This document shows positions 49,643-64,000 of a stretch of 64,000 nt of DNA, piece after piece (position 1 is the first letter of the stretch; the number at the start of each line of letters is the position of its first letter). The stretch covers positions 12,866,451-12,930,450 of the forward strand of contig NC_134035.1 of the NCBI RefSeq assembly GCF_964204645.1, written 5' to 3'. The notes below the pieces were generated by a model. The model worked only from the letters and a program-made list of their open reading frames with translations. It searched no databases and had not been told where the DNA came from. The position numbers and the translations under genes are program-made. The stretch is from Tubulanus polymorphus (Eukaryota > Animalia > Nemertea).

Positions 49643-50444
49643 ATTACCGCCAAGTTTAAAAAATCATTTTCTGATGGGATTCGAACCTGATCAACACCAC
49701 AAAAAATTCCATTTAGTTCGAATCCACGCAAATTCAATTATTAGTTTAATCCTCAGTTTACCCCAGTTATCAGTTTAACTTAATCTGTTTGACAAACTGT
49801 TTAAGATGCATTCTGAAAATCGATTTTAAGCAAACTGAACACATACAAACTCACATACGAGACAAACTTACACACCCGAGTGGTTACCACAGATCTATGG
49901 TCTAGTGGTTAGAATTCCCGCCTGGTAAACCAGAGACCACAGTTTCGAGTCCTGCCACCGCTTAAATTCGCTTTTGATAATTTGCCCCAAGTCTGTTTCT
50001 TTTTTTAATATTTCAGATTGTGATGAGGGGTGGCCTACTCGGTGATATTGATTTGAAGATGAAATAATTTTAGTGGATCATGAATTTAGGAAAAAGATTA
50101 CAGCACCACTGACCCATGTTTAAAACCTACAGAAATATTTCGGATGATGGATGTAATTTCAGAGGGTATAATTTGAAACGCCAATAAGAGCAGCCCCAAA
50201 ATGTGATCAGTAGTGTGAGTGAGTGAAACCTGTGATGGCTCTCACTCTTAATTACGAATCTATTCGATTCTTATTCAGTACATACAGTCGGTCATTTACT
50301 GTTGGGTGCTGCCCCTATGTGTATAATAAACGGTAAATTTGTGAATTAACTGATTCCTACTGCGGCGCGCGAGTAATAAGTTAGTTCATATATTCACCGT
50401 CAACGATATGTATAGGGGCAGCACTTGACGGTTAAAATATGTAT

Positions 50445-50740
50445 GGTTTCGAACCAGTATTTACACGGTTCGAACCCGGGACACCCCAGAGTACATCCTC
50501 TATTCAGCATCAGGACCATTCGTGAACCACTTTCAGTAATTATTGGGTTCGTACCCGGGACACCCCTGTACATCCTCTATTTAGCATCAGTAACACTCTC
50601 GGACAGTACCCGGCCGGGTTCAAACCCGGGAGACACCCCTGTTCCAGCATCTCGGACCACTCTGAACCAGTATCAGTAATTACTGGATTCGAACCCGGGA
50701 CACCCCTGTACATCCTCTATTCAGCATCAGGACCACTCTC
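50445..50740. repeat. Degenerate tandem repeat with B-box-like core, about 4 copies
   Basis: Unit ggttcgaacccgggacacccctgtacatcctctattcagcatcaggaccactct; a related single copy lies at ~21935-22005. Confidence 0.75.
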
Positions 50741-51427
50741 TGAGACGCGGACTCTATTCAATCCGGACGCGTCCGGATGTCTCCAATTACACTCGTTCAT
50801 CGATCACCGCGATCATCCGGATGTCATCCGGATACAAGTTCATCATAGCATCAACAGGCAACCAGTCTAGGCGCTCAGTCTATTACATCCTCGCTTGCCA
50901 GGGGTCCGGTATCACTCCCGAACTCGCTTCCACCGGTTAGCCGAATCCCTTGACGGGTGAAGATGGACAACCGTTTACGTTACCGCCGAGTCCGGTTCCG
51001 TGTCCGTACAATAACTACTACAAATGAATTTGATGAAATAAGTTGTATATTCATAATTTTATTTTAACGTAAAATATCTTTTTATTCAATAACAGTGCAA
51101 AAAATACACATTAAAAACCTCTAAAAAAATTATAATAAATTTGAATCGAGTGATGAAATAAATTTGAATCGAGTGATACCGCTACCGAATCCACAGTGCT
51201 CACTTCACGTTCACCAAGAATCTTAGTGTCTGATGTACCACAGAATGCACGCGTCTGGGTGGTTGGTTACACTAGGATCGTAGAGCGACGGAGATCACTG
51301 GTGGAGACAACCGCTGCCAGTGCTGGGTGAAACTTCACGACGGTTCGCTCATCATTTAGAATAATAGAGATGATTGCTAATGCTGTTTTAAATGATGGTT
51401 TTACGGCCGCCGGGATCTGAAAGAATC

Positions 51428-56451
<5,024 letters not shown>

Positions 56452-59050
56452 AATCTATTAATTAATTCCGCATTGACCACGAACGCAGTCATCAATCACG
56501 TGGTTTTAATCATAAGACTGGAGTATAGTGTTTATCGAACAAAAATACCGGCAAGCTTAGAACGGTCTCAAGTCGTTAGATTGGCTGTAGAAACGCAGAT
56601 TGAGGTAAGACTGGTATTAAAAATCTAAGCTTAGACCGCAACTCGCCAAAATTAGTTCTCACTTTCAACTGTTTAACCAAATATAAGTTTATTGTATAAG
56701 TTGATTGAACTATAATGTGTTGAATCAGTCGAGGTCAGACCGTCAGTCTAGTTCCACCACAGTTGAGTGCATTAGCGTAGCGTTGAAAATGAACTTATTT
56801 ATTGGTATTGAAATGGAGCTCGCAAACTGTGCAACTGACGTCTGGTTTATTATAGCTGTATAGATTCACTCTTACGTCCAATGAAATTCTATTTGTGTAA
56901 ATATATAAGGTTTAAATAATCATTACTTCGTCAAGATTAGAGGTTGGATAAACATTCAATTCAATCAGTCATCGTGTGACGTTTCATTAAACTTCACTGA
57001 TTTTTGCGCTTCTCAAAATATTCTCACTTATATTCACTTGATTTAGTTTAACTCTTCAATTTTTATCCAATGGGATACCGGCGAGGCTACTGTGGGAAGT
57101 GAGGATTCAGCGATAATCCGCCAGGTGTTACTAGTGGTACTGGGTTACCGCGCTTCAATTTCGTCTACATTTCAATAAACTTCGAGTCAACTTTTCCGAT
57201 AAGTAAATCAATTTACAGTGAAATCAATACCATCCACTGAGTGAGAAAGGAAATCTTATATCTATCCGATGAGTCGTTTGATAATTTTCTCATTTGAAAG
57301 TAAAGTCCAAATTTCATTGAAAATGAACTGATTTTCATTACGAAACCCGGTGTTTTGTCGCGCCATCTGGTGTTGCTGGTATTCCATTCAACTTGTACAA
57401 TCATGTACTTAATTCATGTATCAATGATCTCTGTACATACTCTATTACTTGATGAGGCCTGTGCCAAGCTTTATTGAGGCCGCGTAGTTCTATTTCAAGA
57501 AGGAGGGCATTTTTTTCCTATTGAAAAAGGACTGATCTTAAATATGAAGTGCTCGCGTATAACCTGAATAAATCATTTGGGAATGGATACAGTTCCCAGC
57601 TGTACCGGTTTATGCGGAAACTTCTGAATTCTAATATGTAGATAATCTGAATTAATGAAGAAATTAAATCGATTTAAGAGTTAAACCTTTTTGTGAAACT
57701 CGGCCCTGGTTCCAATTGATTCGAGTTACCAGTGAGTTTACTACTTGACTTTATTTATAAAAATGATCCCGATGTAAATAAGCAGCACTGATGATGATAC
57801 ATTATGATACTGTATGTAGTTTTTCACAGGGTGGCCACTTTTATTTGACTTTCTTTCTCCCCGACTATTCCCTGACATGCGCGTTATTTTCCCTGACTTG
57901 ATCTGTTAAGAATCCGATCAAGTAACACAGTCAAAGACATACGTAAGACATAGACAGAAACTGTTTGATTTTAGGCACAATCTATATTCTAAAAAATCAT
58001 AGCTTCTTTTTTATTCACAAGATATTTCCTTGATTTTCAGGTAAGTGGCGCCACCCTGTTTCATTGTCTCTTGTTTCTTGTGTTCAAACTTGTCTATTTT
58101 GATAATCAGTTATCGGTCATTTTCTTCGCAAAAAAAAAATGTAAAAGGCAGTTGAAATTTTGAATTGTTACGTACTGAAGTCCTGCAGATGAAATTTAAA
58201 CGTGATTATTATTGCTTGAAAAACTAATAAAAATTTTTAATGTTATGTCAACAACACTAGTTTTCATCCAAAAGAATGTTTTGATTTTATTCAAACGGAC
58301 AGATATGTATTAAGTGTGGAAATCAGTAGTTCCATGAGACAGTAATATTATTTGTTCGGCATTTAAGTAAACCTTTTAACACAAATACAGATCTTTGAGC
58401 AGCAAAAACTTAATATTTAAACATATTTCAGCAAGGCTTAACACCAAACAGCATTCTCGAAAGCAGCTAATTTCTAATCCTGGACCCTGCTGCACCTCAG
58501 ACAATCGATAATTTGTCCACATGTGTTCAGTACTTCCCGTGAGGTTTTTTTCCAGGTGGAAATCAACAACAAACACCAGACATTTTATCAGCGCACTTTC
58601 AAGAACTGATCGTCCACACTTCAAACTACAGTAGAACTTTCTTAATTCAGACGTTGAACTTGTTTACTTTAGATTTTTCAATCTGGGGCCAGTTGCACAG
58701 TCGAGACTTAGTCCAAAAGTGGTCTTAAATCTTAAAACTGGTCTTAAATTGTTAGATTAGCTATAGAACTAAGTTGGTCTTAGACTGGTCTTAAGTCTAA
58801 GCCGTGACTATGCAACCAACCCCTGCTTACTTGGGACGATTTAAGCTGGAACCAAGTAAGCTATTATTCATAATTCGGTATTTACTTAAAGAAATCTAGT
58901 CATGCGAATTAAATGAGTTCTTCTGTACTCGATGACTGTCTTGAAGGGTCGGAAGTTCCAGGCGGCAGATTAATATATCCTCCATAAACACTACCAGCAC
59001 AAGAGCTGTAATTCACTACGAAATGCACTATTCATTTATATAAACTAACA

Positions 59051-62510
<3,460 letters not shown>

Positions 62511-62903
62511 CGTATAACCCGATTATTGTCACAAAACCAAACCCCTACCTACGACACGTACGCAATTATTAATTACAGAGCGCGCTTGCTAATTAGTTAT
62601 CACACTACGCTTGCAATCAGCCGAGTTTAATTAATTTCTCGGATTTAGGTCTCGGTTTTCCTAGAAATGTCATATATATATGAGCCATCCACGTTCCCGT
62701 CTCGACCCGTTACTGTCTCGACCCGTTCCCGTCTCGACCCTACCGTACAATAGCGCCACCACAGTCGATTATTTGAACTAAAACACTACGGCGCGTATCG
62801 GATTCGTTTTTCGCATGTGAACCTACCAACAATTTTAAAAAATCAAATTAGATTTTTGAAAACTTTTCATTGAAAAGATCGAATGATGGAAACGGTATAA
62901 GCT

Positions 62904-63101
62904 TAAGTGCAGATCCGCACCTCCCCGCGTAAACGGTTCAATCAATTACATTTAATATCAACACGTATTTCAGATTCAAAATTCAGCAATTCAGTGGTTT
63001 GCCATTGGTTAATTTTTAGATATCTTCACTAGAAAGATTTTAGCCTGGATTCTGTCATTCAGCAGATTGCGTCAATCACGAGAGGTGTGGATCTGCACTT
63101 A
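62904..63101. mobile_element. MITE-like element
   Basis: TIR taagtgcagatccgcacctc ... gaggtgtggatctgcactta. Confidence 0.7.
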
Positions 63102-63479
63102 CCAAGAAAACGCCTCCAATGTCAACAGAAGTAAAAATTCAAGATGCGAAGTAAGCAATTTCCCGTCGAGATTTCCTCCCAGAAATAATATATATTTACT
63201 GGTAAAGCTAAACTAATTTCAAATATAATCTTGAATGAATTACACGAGTGTAATTATTTTGGTTTCTAAAAAATAAAATCAACTTTCTTTAAATCTCTCA
63301 AACCGTTTTTTCAAAAAACGACCCGGCCCGGGGCATTTTGTTTGGGGCATGTTTATTGCCATTAATCAATTCGAATTCATCAAATTTATGAAGAAAATTA
63401 ATGTCTGAATTTTGCGAAAAAAATAAAGATGATTGTTAAATTCATGACGCGTTATCTTTCTCTACAGATCCCGTGGGTT

Positions 63480-64000
63480 TCTCCATGGACCCTATGTTCC
63501 TGTCTCGACCCTTCAAACCTCTCTCTAGTCTCTACACAGTCCCGTGGACACTATGTTCCTGTCTCGACCCTTCAAACCTGTCTCTAGTCTCTACACAGTC
63601 CCGTGGACACTATGTTCCTGTCTCGACCCTTCAAACCTGTCTCTACTCTCTACACAGTCCCGTGGACACTATGTTCCCGTCTCGACCCTTCAAATCTGTC
63701 TCTACTCTCTACACAGTCCTGTGGACACCATGTTCCCGTCTCGACCCTTCAAAACTGTCTCTAGTCTCTACACAGTCCCGTAGACACCATGTTCCCGTTT
63801 CGACCCTTCACACCTGTCTCTACTCTCTACACAGTCCCCTGGACACCATGTTCCCGTCTCGACCCTTCTAACCTGTCTCTAGTCTCTACACAGTCCCGTA
63901 GACACCATGTTCCCGTCTCGACCCTTCTAACCTGTCTCTACTCTCTACACAGTCCCGTGGACACTATGTTCCCGTCTCGACCCTTCAAATCTGTCTCTAC
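63480..64000. repeat. 59-bp minisatellite, about 9 copies, running off the window
   Basis: Unit cccgtggacactatgttcccgtctcgacccttcaaacctgtctctagtctctacacagt. Confidence 0.93.

Noticed and set aside
49892-49962. tRNA gene
   Set aside because: It has an A-box and a degenerate B-box, but I could not build an acceptor stem or a canonical anticodon arm; it is more likely a SINE head fragment.
17840-50940. Shared segments at ~17840/50380, 20041/50887 and 21935/50690 as long terminal repeats of one giant element
   Set aside because: Their order differs between the two sides and the matches are short; they are better explained as independent dispersed repeats.

Overview
AT-rich, intron-dense animal (invertebrate-like) genomic DNA. 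Four conserved multi-exon genes were assembled by hand from GT-AG junctions: CNOT4 (minus, partial, runs off the left end), a USP44/USP49-like deubiquitinase (plus, head-to-head with CNOT4), JMJD6 (plus) and an SDR9C-type short-chain dehydrogenase (minus, tail-to-tail with JMJD6). Between USP44/49 and JMJD6 lies a ~35 kb accessory interval. It holds (i) an orphan secreted proline-rich 171-aa protein, (ii) a ~21 kb island (~22.3-43.4 kb) of higher-order satellites, palindromic arrays, stop-interrupted ORF/exon remnants and one intact ~287-codon Pro/Thr-rich exon, possibly a decayed giant mobile or virus-like element (no hallmark gene recognised), and (iii) a candidate three-exon 77-aa microprotein gene, absent from the ORF track, with a CCAAT/CRE/TATA/Inr promoter. 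Introns and intergenic DNA carry many MITEs, tRNA-derived SINEs and minisatellites. All homology calls are from recalled family motifs; no searches were run.
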